DNA from: Gammaproteobacteria bacterium
GTDB taxonomy: Bacteria; Pseudomonadota; Gammaproteobacteria; Ga0077536
DNA length: 64,000 nt
Assembly: GCA_963662545.2 (NCBI GenBank)
Contig: CAXXLL010000003.1
Location: forward strand, 1,312,001-1,376,000
Direction of reading: 5' to 3'
Both the position numbers and the translations under genes were made by a program. Under the pieces are notes generated by a model that was not told the DNA's origin, ran no database searches, and saw only the letters and a program-made list of their open reading frames with translations. Within the stretch, counting starts at the first letter, position 1; every line of letters begins with the position of its first letter. Of this stretch, positions 19,860 through 29,063 are shown piece by piece.

Positions 19860-20645
19860 CTACTGGCGGGCGGCGGTGCCGCCGTCAATCGGCAGCACCA
19901 CTCCGTTGCAATAGGTCGCCTCGTCGGATGCGAGATAAAGACAACCGTAAGCCATTTCCATCGGCGTGCCGGCCCGCGCCATCGGCGTGAGATGTTCGGC
20001 GATCACGGGATCGTCGAAGATGTTCATGACGTCGGCGATCATCGGTGTATCGGTATAGCCCGGGCAAACGCAGTTCGTACGGATATTTTCCTTGGCATAG
20101 GTCGTCGCCATCGCGCGGGTGAGGTTGATCACGCCGCCTTTGGACGCGCAGTAAGTGTGCGCGGTCGTCATGCCGAACATGCCCGAAAGGCTGGCGACGT
20201 TAACGATCGAGCCCCCGCCCTGCTTCTGCATGATGGGGATTATGCCGTGACACAAGTAGTAGCATGCATCGAGATTGATGCCGATCACTTCGTGCCACTT
20301 TTCAGGCGGCGTTGTCGCGATATCGTTCATCGAGTTTTCGCTTTTGTGGCTCCAACTCCAACCGACGCTTGCGGCGTGAACGAGAATATCGATGCGGCCA
20401 TAGGCGCTCATGGTCGCGTCGATTACGTTTTGCGCCTCGGCCTCCGATGAAAGATCCGCGGCCACTACCATGCCCTCGCTACCCGCCTTACGGACTTTAA
20501 TCAACGTATCGTCCAGTGCCGACTGCGTTCTCGATACACCGACTGTCGTCGCGCCTTCCTCGGCAAAGAGCATCATGCACGCCTCACCGATACCCGATCC
20601 GGCGCCGGTGATGATTGCGATCTTTCCTTCTACTCGTCCCGCCAT
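19860..20645 (-). CDS. SDR-family NAD(P)-dependent oxidoreductase
   Basis: TGAGSGIG, YCASKGG, NCVCPG. Confidence 0.93.
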   Translation of the reverse strand: MAGRVEGKIAIITGAGSGIGEACMMLFAEEGATTVGVSRTQSALDDTLIKVRKAGSEGMVVAADLSSEAEAQNVIDATMSAYGRIDILVHAASVGWSWSHKSENSMNDIATTPPEKWHEVIGINLDACYYLCHGIIPIMQKQGGGSIVNVASLSGMFGMTTAHTYCASKGGVINLTRAMATTYAKENIRTNCVCPGYTDTPMIADVMNIFDDPVIAEHLTPMARAGTPMEMAYGCLYLASDEATYCNGVVLPIDGGTAARQ

Positions 20646-20656
20646 CTTAGTTTCCC

Positions 20657-21844
20657 CTAGATCATTTCGATCAACGTGGCATTCGCCATGCCGCCGCTCT
20701 CGCACATCGTCACCAGACCGCAACGCCCGCCCCGTGCTTCGAGCGCGCGCAGCAGGTTGGCAACCAGGCGCCCGCCCGAAGCGCCGACCGGGTGGCCGTG
20801 CGCGATGGCGCCTCCAAACACATTGAGCTTTTCGGGATCGGTACCAAATTCCTTCGCCCACGCCAAGGGTACGGAGGCAAAGGCCTCGTTGACTTCATAG
20901 GCATCCACCTGGTCGAGCCCGATTCCGGCCCGCTCCAGAAGTTTAGTCGTCGCGGGGATGACGCCGGTCAACATCATGACCGGGTCGTCGCCGGCGACGG
21001 CGAAATGCGTCACGGCGGCGCGCGGTGCGAGCCCGAGCCGTACGGCGATCTTCTCTTCGGCGATGAGCATCGCGCTCGCGCCGTCGGTCACCAGGCTCGA
21101 ATTGCCTGCCGTGACACGCCATTCGATTTCCGGAAACCGCTGTTTCATTTCCTCGTTCTCGAAAGCCGGCTTCAAGCTGGCAAGTTTTTCCAGGGTCGAG
21201 CCCGAGCGAATGCCTTCGTCTTCGGCAACGATCCGCTTGACGCTTGCGTCGGTGTCGATTTCGATCGGTGCGATGTCTCCGGCGGCGCCGCCTCGATCGC
21301 CCTCGGCGAGTTGATGGGATCGCAAAGAAAAGCGATCGAGTGCCTCGCGGTCAAGCCGCCAGCGTGCCGCGATCAGTTCCGCGGAGATACCCTGCCGTAC
21401 CAGCCCTGCGGGGTAACGCGCGTGAAAACGGCCGCCCTCATTGTCCTTACCCATCCGATTGACGCGCATGGGGACGACGCTCATCATCTCGACGCCGCCC
21501 GCAATGACAAGATCGTAGGCGCCGGCGATGACGCCTTGCGCCGCAAAATCCATCGCCTGCTGCGCGGAGCCGCACTTGCGATCGAGCGTGACGGCCGGCA
21601 CCGATTCGGGCAGGCCCGCTGCCAGGACCGCCTGTCTCCCGATGTTGCCCGCCTGTTCCGCGACCTGGATCACGCAGCCGGTGATGACGTCCTCGATCAG
21701 GACCGGGTCGATCCCCGTCCGCTGGACGAGTGCCTCGAGCACGTGCGCGTATAGATTAACCGGGTGCAGCGAAGCCAGAGCGCCCGTGTCGCGACCGCGC
21801 CCGAACGGCGATCGCACGATATCGATGATGACCGCGCGGCGCAT
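20657..21844 (-). CDS. Thiolase (acetyl-CoA C-acyltransferase)
   Basis: DRKCGS catalytic Cys, NEAF, GHPVGASG, TMCESGG. Confidence 0.94.
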   Translation of the reverse strand: MRRAVIIDIVRSPFGRGRDTGALASLHPVNLYAHVLEALVQRTGIDPVLIEDVITGCVIQVAEQAGNIGRQAVLAAGLPESVPAVTLDRKCGSAQQAMDFAAQGVIAGAYDLVIAGGVEMMSVVPMRVNRMGKDNEGGRFHARYPAGLVRQGISAELIAARWRLDREALDRFSLRSHQLAEGDRGGAAGDIAPIEIDTDASVKRIVAEDEGIRSGSTLEKLASLKPAFENEEMKQRFPEIEWRVTAGNSSLVTDGASAMLIAEEKIAVRLGLAPRAAVTHFAVAGDDPVMMLTGVIPATTKLLERAGIGLDQVDAYEVNEAFASVPLAWAKEFGTDPEKLNVFGGAIAHGHPVGASGGRLVANLLRALEARGGRCGLVTMCESGGMANATLIEMI

Positions 21845-21967
21845 GTCTAATTTGCTGTCCCGCAATAAGCCTTCATAATTCGCTGGTCCTCGCGCCTTGT
21901 ATCGCACCACGAGTCCTGCGGGACCCAATGACAAATATTATTGGGAAGTTTATTACGGGACAGTACA

Positions 21968-23428
21968 TTAGCTCGACTTGCGTAGCGACAGTTCGAGATC
22001 GCTAGATATGACCTCGATCACGGGCGAAGTCGCGAGCTGCATGAGTCGCCGCACCTGATCGAGTTCGGGCGAGGAGAGATACGGATAAGTCGTCTTGACC
22101 GGGCCGGAGGTCCGCATTTTTTCGAGGCCTTCGCCGGCGACGAGCGCACATAGGATCAGTTCGTCATCGTCGTCGGTACCGTACTCCTTGCGCAGGTCCT
22201 CTATGCTCGGTTGTGGCGGGGGATTCGCTAATACCTCCTTCGCGCGTGCCGAGGACATGATCATGTCCATGACACTTTCATCGATTGGGCCGGCGGTTTC
22301 TCCATAATAACCGGCGGCATACTGAATGACTTGGTCCGGGATCGAGGAATAGCGCTTGCCGGTTACGATGTTCAGCACCGCCTGGGTGCCCACGAGTTGG
22401 CTAAAGGGTGTCGCCATTCCAGGATAACCGAGTTCGCGGCGAACCACCGCGGTTTCCTCGAGCACTTCGTCGATGCGCTCTCGCATGCCGTGCTGCACGA
22501 GTTGCGCCTTAAGCGTGCCGATCATGCCGCCCGGGATCTGATGCCGGATCGAGAGCACGTCGTACTCCGAATACTGATTGACCAGAAAACCTGCCGCTTT
22601 GCCGACTTTTTCGAAGTGCTCCGCCACCGGCGGCAGCAGACTGATATCGAGATCGTGAGTGTGTCCCAGCAGTTCAACGTTGCGCACCATGATCTCAGTG
22701 GAGGGCACGGAAGGGCCGTTAGCCAGCGGACGGATAGCGGTGTGCAGAATACGCACCCCCAGATCGATGGCATCGAGGTAGGCTTTGGCAGACTGTCCAA
22801 GCAGATTATTCGAATGGAATTCGATGGGCTTGCCCCGCGCTTTCTCGCGGATGGCCGGCAGCAAGGTCGCCATGCGCTCCTTCTCCAGCACACCGGCCGT
22901 ATCGTAGAGCAGGAGCGTGTCGATGTCCGGTGACGCCGACAGCTTGTCCGCCTTATCCGCGTAGTATTCGTCCGAATGTACCGGGCTCAAGGTGAACATG
23001 ATCGCACCCGCGATATCCGATCCAAACTCCTTGGCAAGCTTCGCCAGCCGCAGCGTCTTATCGATATTGAACAAAACGTCGTAGATCCAGAAGCTGCGCA
23101 CGCCGTGCACGTTCAACTGCCGCATCCACGCATCCATCAATGCGTCCGGCGTTACGCCGAAAGTGACCGAGGCGTTGGAGCGCATGCCGGCGCGGATCCG
23201 CGTGCGCGGCATCGAGGCCACGATCAGGTCGAGGCCCTCCCAGGGATTTTCATAAGAATACTTGATGAGAACCTCGAACATGGACGAACCGGTCAGGTCG
23301 ACGACCCAGTAGCCCGTGCGATCGATTATCGGTGTCACGGGCAGCGCCATGCCCGCCTGCATGCGCATGCCCCAAAGGCTTTGCTGCCCGTCGCGCATGG
23401 TTTCATCGAGAAAATTAATGTGGGCCAT
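21968..23428 (-). CDS. Pyruvate-carboxylase/OadA-type carboxyltransferase subunit (XccA-like), stand-alone
   Basis: DETMRDGQQSL, HQIPGGM, LGYPGMATPFSQLVGTQA; no biotinyl domain fused. Confidence 0.88.
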   Translation of the reverse strand: MAHINFLDETMRDGQQSLWGMRMQAGMALPVTPIIDRTGYWVVDLTGSSMFEVLIKYSYENPWEGLDLIVASMPRTRIRAGMRSNASVTFGVTPDALMDAWMRQLNVHGVRSFWIYDVLFNIDKTLRLAKLAKEFGSDIAGAIMFTLSPVHSDEYYADKADKLSASPDIDTLLLYDTAGVLEKERMATLLPAIREKARGKPIEFHSNNLLGQSAKAYLDAIDLGVRILHTAIRPLANGPSVPSTEIMVRNVELLGHTHDLDISLLPPVAEHFEKVGKAAGFLVNQYSEYDVLSIRHQIPGGMIGTLKAQLVQHGMRERIDEVLEETAVVRRELGYPGMATPFSQLVGTQAVLNIVTGKRYSSIPDQVIQYAAGYYGETAGPIDESVMDMIMSSARAKEVLANPPPQPSIEDLRKEYGTDDDDELILCALVAGEGLEKMRTSGPVKTTYPYLSSPELDQVRRLMQLATSPVIEVISSDLELSLRKSS

Positions 23429-24827
23429 CGACGGTTTCTCTCTCGTTCATTTTAAGTTCGGGTAAATAAGTGTGTTCGAGCCAGCGGGTATGAATGGTAT
23501 TGGCTTCGAAATCGGGGTGGGCGGTGATGCCGCGCAAAATTGGCAGATTCGTAACCAGGCCTTCGATCTGAAACGCGTCCAGCGCAAGGCGCAACCGCGC
23601 CACGGTCGCGCGCCGATCCGCGGCAGTGACGATCAGCTTCGCGATCATTGAATCGTAAAATGGGGGCACCTGGTAGCCGTCGTGACAATGGCTGTCGACG
23701 CGGATCCCGGCTCCCTCGGGCGGCCGCCACCGCGTGATGCGGCCCGGACACGGCTGGAATCCGCGGGAGGGATCTTCGGCATTGATGCGGCATTCGATCG
23801 CATGCCTGGTAACGTGGATCTGATCCTGTCGACCCAGGACGCGTTCGCCACCGGCGATACGGAACTGCGCCTGAACGAGATCGACGCCTGTCACCTGTTC
23901 ACTGACCGGATGCTCGACCTGAATGCGGGTATTGACCTCGATGAAATAATAAGCTTCACGACCGGCGTCGTAGATGAACTCCACGGTCCCGGCGTTCATG
24001 TATTTCATCGACGACAGCAAGTCCACGGCGGCTTGATGGAGCTCATGGCGGACATGTGGGGGCATTGCAGCGCAGGGCGCTTCCTCGATGACCTTCTGGT
24101 AGCGACGCTGCACCGAACAGTCGCGTTCACCGTAATGCACGACGCGCCCCTTGCCGTCACCGATCACCTGCACCTCCACGTGCCGCGCGTTCTCGATATA
24201 GCGCTCCATGTACATCGTGCCGTCGCCGAAGACCTCCTCGGCCTCGGCGCTGGCTTTGTCGAATGAGGATTCGATATCACTCGCCTCGCGAGCCACGAAC
24301 ATGCCGCGACCGCCACCGCCGGCAGACGCCTTGATGACGACTGGATAGCGGATTTCTTTCGCGGCGACGACGGCCGCGCCCGCATCGGCAATTTGATCGG
24401 TGCCGGGGGCCAGCGGCACGCCCGCCGCCGCGGCAATTTCTCGCGCGCGGAGCTTGTCACCCAAGGCGTCGATGGTGCTGGCGCTGGGCCCAATGAAAGT
24501 GATCCCGTTATCCGCGCACAGGGTTGCGAGCTCGGCGCGCTCCGCAAGAAAGCCGTAACCGGGATGGAGCGCATCACAGCCCGTCGCCTTCGCCGCGTGT
24601 ACAACAAGCCTGGCGTCGAGGTAGCTTTGCCGGGAAGGCGCCGGTCCGATAACCACGACCCGGTCGGCCATACGTGCGGCTACGCTGTCGCGGTCCGCTT
24701 GGGATACCGCCTGCACGGTTTCGATGCCGAGCGCCTGCGCGGCCCGGATTACCCGTACCGCGATCTCACCGCGATTGGCCACCAGAGTGCGCTTGACGGC
24801 CACTGTTCCGGGATTACCTGATGGCAC
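23415..24827 (-). CDS. Biotin carboxylase subunit
   Basis: ANRGEIA, HPGYGFLAE, GGGGRGM, ERDCSVQRR, EVNTRIQVEH, YDSMIAK. Confidence 0.96.
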   Translation of the reverse strand: MPSGNPGTVAVKRTLVANRGEIAVRVIRAAQALGIETVQAVSQADRDSVAARMADRVVVIGPAPSRQSYLDARLVVHAAKATGCDALHPGYGFLAERAELATLCADNGITFIGPSASTIDALGDKLRAREIAAAAGVPLAPGTDQIADAGAAVVAAKEIRYPVVIKASAGGGGRGMFVAREASDIESSFDKASAEAEEVFGDGTMYMERYIENARHVEVQVIGDGKGRVVHYGERDCSVQRRYQKVIEEAPCAAMPPHVRHELHQAAVDLLSSMKYMNAGTVEFIYDAGREAYYFIEVNTRIQVEHPVSEQVTGVDLVQAQFRIAGGERVLGRQDQIHVTRHAIECRINAEDPSRGFQPCPGRITRWRPPEGAGIRVDSHCHDGYQVPPFYDSMIAKLIVTAADRRATVARLRLALDAFQIEGLVTNLPILRGITAHPDFEANTIHTRWLEHTYLPELKMNERETVDGPH

Positions 24828-24865
24828 CGTTTGGGCGGTGGCGAAAAAAGAAATTTTTCACCCGT

Positions 24866-25330
24866 TCATCGGGCACTTGGATCGATGATGGCCAGGGGTT
24901 GATCGAATTCAACCATCTCCGCATCGTTGACGCAGATCTCGTGCACCACGCCCGCCACTCCGGCCCTGACCGGGGTGAATAGTTTCATGACCTCGATGAG
25001 GCAGATCTCGGTGTCCTCCTCGATCGCCTGCCCGATTTCGACGTACGACGGTGAGCCGGGCTTAGGTGCGCGGAAAAACGTCCCCAAGTTCGGCGCGCAC
25101 ACGACCACCATGCCCTCAGGAATCACCACCGGGGCCGGCGCTGCGGGCTCATGGGGCGTCTCACCCGTGGACGCGGCTGCCTCCAACGCTACGGCACGCG
25201 GACCTCGGGCTCCTGGGACGTTGGACAGAAAGAGTTCCAGGCCCTCGATCTTGAGGTGCATTTCCTCCCAGTCGGATTGATTAAAAAGGTCGACGAGGGT
25301 CTCGATGTCCTCGGCGCTCGGCTTGGTCAT
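24866..25330 (-). CDS. Biotin carboxyl carrier protein
   Basis: APNLGTFFRAP, biotinylation motif EVMKL, VEFDQPL. Confidence 0.93.
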   Translation of the reverse strand: MTKPSAEDIETLVDLFNQSDWEEMHLKIEGLELFLSNVPGARGPRAVALEAAASTGETPHEPAAPAPVVIPEGMVVVCAPNLGTFFRAPKPGSPSYVEIGQAIEEDTEICLIEVMKLFTPVRAGVAGVVHEICVNDAEMVEFDQPLAIIDPSAR

Positions 25331-25363
25331 GGTCGATTTCCTCGATTGCAGATTCTTGATTCA

Positions 25364-25525
25364 GGAACCTCTGAATAAGTCATGGTGCGTCTGAATTGTT
25401 CATGCAATTGTGCAGATCAAGGCACGAATCGCAGGTAATAGCGGGGACTAGGGCTAAGGTTCGTAACGTAAGGCTCCGCGCTTTCATGGGCAAGGCAGAT
25501 GTGCCATGATTTATTGAGAGGTTCC
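25364..25525. mobile_element. 162-bp non-autonomous MITE, IS5-like, copy 2
   Basis: Same length as copy 1 with only scattered substitutions; TIR GGAACCTCTGAATAA...TTATTGAGAGGTTCC; TTCA direct repeat (25360-63 and 25526-29). Confidence 0.88.
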
Positions 25526-25526
25526 T

Positions 25527-27284
25527 TCAGTCGTCCAGCGTACCGGCTCGCGCATGGATGGCCGCAAGCATCACCACCAGCGGATGCCGCGCAACGATCG
25601 ACTCGACGCCGCACGACAGCGCCGCCTTAACGCCCGCGTCGGTCTCGATGGCGCCGCCCCGCACGGCGCGGCAACCGTTCAACAAGCCCGCAAGCTTCTC
25701 CGGATCCTCCGCGCCGTCAATGCCATCCAGATCGAGCAACTCATGCTCCACGGTCACGTTGGTGGCGAGCACGCGTAGTGGACACGCCTGTGCAGCCCAA
25801 TCGGCTAGTTTGCGCAAGCACGGATCATCGGCTTCGCTGGGCGAAATCATGTCGAGTTCACCGGCGAATACCCGCCCCTCGTTGGCATCGACCGTCACCA
25901 TCTCGCCGGCGAGCGCTGTGACTGAGCCATCGCCGCAACCGACGATACTCGGTTTACCGAGGTCACGGCTGACGAGCGCCGCGTGCGAGGTCGAACCGCC
26001 CCGCTCGGTGATCACGGCTTGGCTCGCGATGATGCCGTGAATGTCTTCCGGACTTGTCGTCGCGCGCGCGAGTACGACGTCTTTACCGGCAGCCTGTAGT
26101 TTTTCCGCTTCATCGGAGTCGATCACCACGACGCCACGCCCCACCCCCTGGCAGGCCGGTTCGCCTTGCGCGAGAACGCGCGCGCCCTCCTCGGCCCGCT
26201 GCGCGAGCCGCGGTTTGAGCAAGGACCGGACCTGCTCCGCCGTGACCCGTGACAAGGCGGTCGCCGGCTCGATTCTCCCCTCGTCCACCATGTCGACGGC
26301 GCAGCGGACCGCCGCCTGCGGTGCACGCTTGGCCGAACGGGTCTGCAATAAAAACAATGTCCCTTGCTGCACGGTGAATTCTATATCCTGAACGTCATTG
26401 TTCGCGTCTTCGAGCGTCCGCGCGGCGCGCACCAGTTGATCGTAAACTTCGGGCAGTGCTTCGCCGAGCGCGCTCAAGGGTTCAGGCGTAAATTTTCCCG
26501 ACACCACATCCTCGCCCTGCGCGCAATGAAGGTATTCACCATAAGGGGCTAAATCGCCCGTCAACGGATTGCGGCTGAACAGGACGCCCGTCCCGGAACG
26601 ATCGTCGAGATTGCCGAACACCATGGACTGTATCGTCACGGCCGTACCGAGGTTGTCTGCAATGCCGTGATGCTTGCGATAGCGCTTGGCGCGTCGGGAA
26701 TTCCAGGATGCGAAGACCGCCTCGATCGCGGCCCTTAACTGCACGCGCGGATCCTCGGGAATCTTCCCTGCGCCGAGTTTTTCGATGACGGCCCTGAGCG
26801 TCCGTAGATCGCCGTCACCGAGGTCCGGCAAGGTCTGCCTGAGCACGATGCTCGCATAGAGTTCGAGGAATCGACGGTGGGTATCGCGCGCGAAGGCGTC
26901 GTCACCGGACTCCGCTGCCAGTGCGCGCTCGGTGGTATCGTTGATGCCGAGGTTCAGCACGGTATCCATCATGCCGGGCATGGAAATCGCAGCGCCCGAA
27001 CGCACCGACACGAGCAGCGGCCGATCGCCCGCCCCGAAATCCCGTGCCGTGGCGGACTCGAGCCAGGCGATGGCCGCGTCGAGTTCCGCCTCCAGCTTTT
27101 CCGGAAGCGCCGAGGATTCGAGATAAACCTGGCAAGCAGCCGTCGTAATGACCACCGCAGGCGGTACCGGCAGGTCCAGGCTTCGCATGTGCGCGATCGA
27201 CCACGCCTTACCACCGATCACTGCGCGCGTGGGTAGCGCACTCCCATCGATCGCCAGGATGAATTGACCGAACTCGTGTGCCAC
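25527..27284 (-). CDS. PPDK-like protein (ATP-grasp plus phospho-His domains, lacking the C-terminal pyruvate/PEP-binding barrel)
   Basis: LLVSVRSGAAISMPGMMDTVLNLG, AQGEDVVSG, QDIEFT, LQTR, GGSTSHAA; only ~100 aa follow the His domain. Confidence 0.88.
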   Translation of the reverse strand: MAHEFGQFILAIDGSALPTRAVIGGKAWSIAHMRSLDLPVPPAVVITTAACQVYLESSALPEKLEAELDAAIAWLESATARDFGAGDRPLLVSVRSGAAISMPGMMDTVLNLGINDTTERALAAESGDDAFARDTHRRFLELYASIVLRQTLPDLGDGDLRTLRAVIEKLGAGKIPEDPRVQLRAAIEAVFASWNSRRAKRYRKHHGIADNLGTAVTIQSMVFGNLDDRSGTGVLFSRNPLTGDLAPYGEYLHCAQGEDVVSGKFTPEPLSALGEALPEVYDQLVRAARTLEDANNDVQDIEFTVQQGTLFLLQTRSAKRAPQAAVRCAVDMVDEGRIEPATALSRVTAEQVRSLLKPRLAQRAEEGARVLAQGEPACQGVGRGVVVIDSDEAEKLQAAGKDVVLARATTSPEDIHGIIASQAVITERGGSTSHAALVSRDLGKPSIVGCGDGSVTALAGEMVTVDANEGRVFAGELDMISPSEADDPCLRKLADWAAQACPLRVLATNVTVEHELLDLDGIDGAEDPEKLAGLLNGCRAVRGGAIETDAGVKAALSCGVESIVARHPLVVMLAAIHARAGTLDD

Positions 27285-27318
27285 GGTGATGGTTGATGGG
27301 GTCGGTTGAAGGCTACAT

Positions 27319-27391
27319 TGAAGGGGTCAAGTCTTCAACTTTCTACATGACGTTTTACGTCATGTAGAAAGTTGAAGACTTGACCCCTTCA
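27319..27391. repeat. Perfect 35-bp-arm palindrome with GGGGTCA ends
   Basis: TGAAGGGGTCAAGTCTTCAACTTTCTACATGACGT-TTT-ACGTCATGTAGAAAGTTGAAGACTTGACCCCTTCA, followed by an extra half-site AGACCTGACCCC. Confidence 0.92.
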
Positions 27392-27416
27392 GGCCCCAGA
27401 CCTGACCCCGTTTTTA

Positions 27417-28655
27417 TCAACGCCCGAGCAGCGTGATGCAGGCTACCGCCTCCTCGAAACCGCAGATGCCGCCGCCGTTCTGGGCGATGGCGATTTTTGC
27501 ACCCTCGACCTGGCGTTTACCGGCTTCGCCGCGCAGGTGGGTCACGAGTTCATAAATCTGTCCGAGACCCGTCGCACCGATCGGATGGCCCTTGGATTCC
27601 AGACCACCGGATGGGTTGACCGGGATACGGCCACCGAGGCTGGTGTCGCCACGTTCGCCCGCGACGCCGCCTTCACCGATGGGACACAGACCGATAGCCT
27701 CGGTTTCCATGACCTCGCCGGTCGCAGTGGCGTCGTGTACCTCGGCGACATCGACATCTTCAGGTCCGACACCCGCCTGCTCGTAGGCCTTGAACGCGCC
27801 GAGCCGACTGGCGTGTTTTTCGAGATCGGCCGCGGCGCGATTGCTGCCCCCCTGTAGCACGCTCGCCAGCACGCGCATCGTGCGCGACCCCGACGCACCG
27901 ATGCGCTTAAGCCCGGCCTCGTTGCATACGATGGCGGCAGCAGCGCCGTCGCTCACGGGAGAGCACATCGGCACGGTTAGAGGATAGGTGATAGGCGCGG
28001 CTGCCAGGATCTCGTCTACGGTAAACGCTTTTTGGTATTGCGAAAGCGGATTCATGGTCGAATGGTTGTGGTTCTTCGAGGCGATCGCGGCGAGCTGGCG
28101 CTGCGTCGTTCCGAATTCGCGCATGTGCATGCGAGAAAATCCGGCGTAGACGTCCATGAATACCGAGTACGGGCGCGGCGAGGTGGACCCTTCGGGTACC
28201 TCGACCCCTTCGCCCAGTTGCAGCAACTGGTTCTTGACGTTCTCTACGTCGTTCACGTCCCAGGCGCCGTCGAAGGCGCTGAACATGAGTTCCTTATCCT
28301 CGGAAAACATCTTCTCGACGCCGATGGCGAGCGCGATGTCCGCGGCGCCGGCCTTGACGTAATTCACTGCCATGTGGAAAGCGGTGCTGGCGGTCGCACA
28401 GGCGTTTTCGACGTTGACCACCGGGATACTCTCGATACCGAAGGCCCGGAGCGCAATCTCGCCGCGCACCATGTCCTGGCCCTCCATGTGACCCTGAACG
28501 CAATTGCCGAAAAAGACCGCCTCAAGGGCTTTGACGTCGCAACCGGCATCTTTGAGCACGCCGGCTAGGGCTTCGCCGGCGAGGTCTTTCAGACTGCGAT
28601 CGAGGTGTTTACCGAAATGCGTCATGCTGACGCCGGCCACGTACATTTCACTCAT
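27417..28655 (-). CDS. SCP2-type thiolase (BbsB/lipid-transfer-like)
   Basis: [32 protein letters not shown]. Confidence 0.92.
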   Translation of the reverse strand: MSEMYVAGVSMTHFGKHLDRSLKDLAGEALAGVLKDAGCDVKALEAVFFGNCVQGHMEGQDMVRGEIALRAFGIESIPVVNVENACATASTAFHMAVNYVKAGAADIALAIGVEKMFSEDKELMFSAFDGAWDVNDVENVKNQLLQLGEGVEVPEGSTSPRPYSVFMDVYAGFSRMHMREFGTTQRQLAAIASKNHNHSTMNPLSQYQKAFTVDEILAAAPITYPLTVPMCSPVSDGAAAAIVCNEAGLKRIGASGSRTMRVLASVLQGGSNRAAADLEKHASRLGAFKAYEQAGVGPEDVDVAEVHDATATGEVMETEAIGLCPIGEGGVAGERGDTSLGGRIPVNPSGGLESKGHPIGATGLGQIYELVTHLRGEAGKRQVEGAKIAIAQNGGGICGFEEAVACITLLGR

Positions 28656-28862
28656 GATCCTGTTCCTCTCAACTTTTCACCGCATACCGCAGGCGCGGGA
28701 TTTTTCGGAGCCGACTATGTTACTGGGCTTGGGACGTTCTTTGCCACTCGGAACGGCAGGATACGGCTGCACCCCTGCTAAGCCCGGAAATCTCACCGGG
28801 AATCGGGATCCTGGTCCAAGCCCGCCTCGTGAGATATCCAGGCCAGGCCAACGGCGGCATGG

Positions 28863-28891
28863 TTGACAAGGGACGCCGTGTCGCAGAGATT
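28863..28891 (+). promoter_or_regulatory. Possible sigma70 promoter for the acx-like operon
   Basis: TTGACA, 17-bp spacer, then GAGATT; the -10 match is weak. Confidence 0.3.
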
Positions 28892-29063
28892 GTGTTTAGC
28901 GCGCCCGATCGCGCCAATAACAATGAAAGAGCTCAATCGCCCGAACCGTTTGAACTAAGCAATTGCTGCGCACCCGTACGGTAACGCCGGGAATCCGCAT
29001 CCAATACAAAAAGAGCCCTGCGGGGTCACAACTCCGCGGGACGACCATCGAGGAGCAGGAAAT

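Noticed and set aside
21968-25330. Housekeeping accBC or pyruvate carboxylase
   Set aside because: The catabolic context and altered CT metal ligands argue against it, so no acc/pyc symbols were assigned.
28656-29063. Sigma54 promoter as in characterised acx operons
   Set aside because: No convincing TGGCAC-N5-TTGC match was found by eye, and no AcxR-like activator is nearby.
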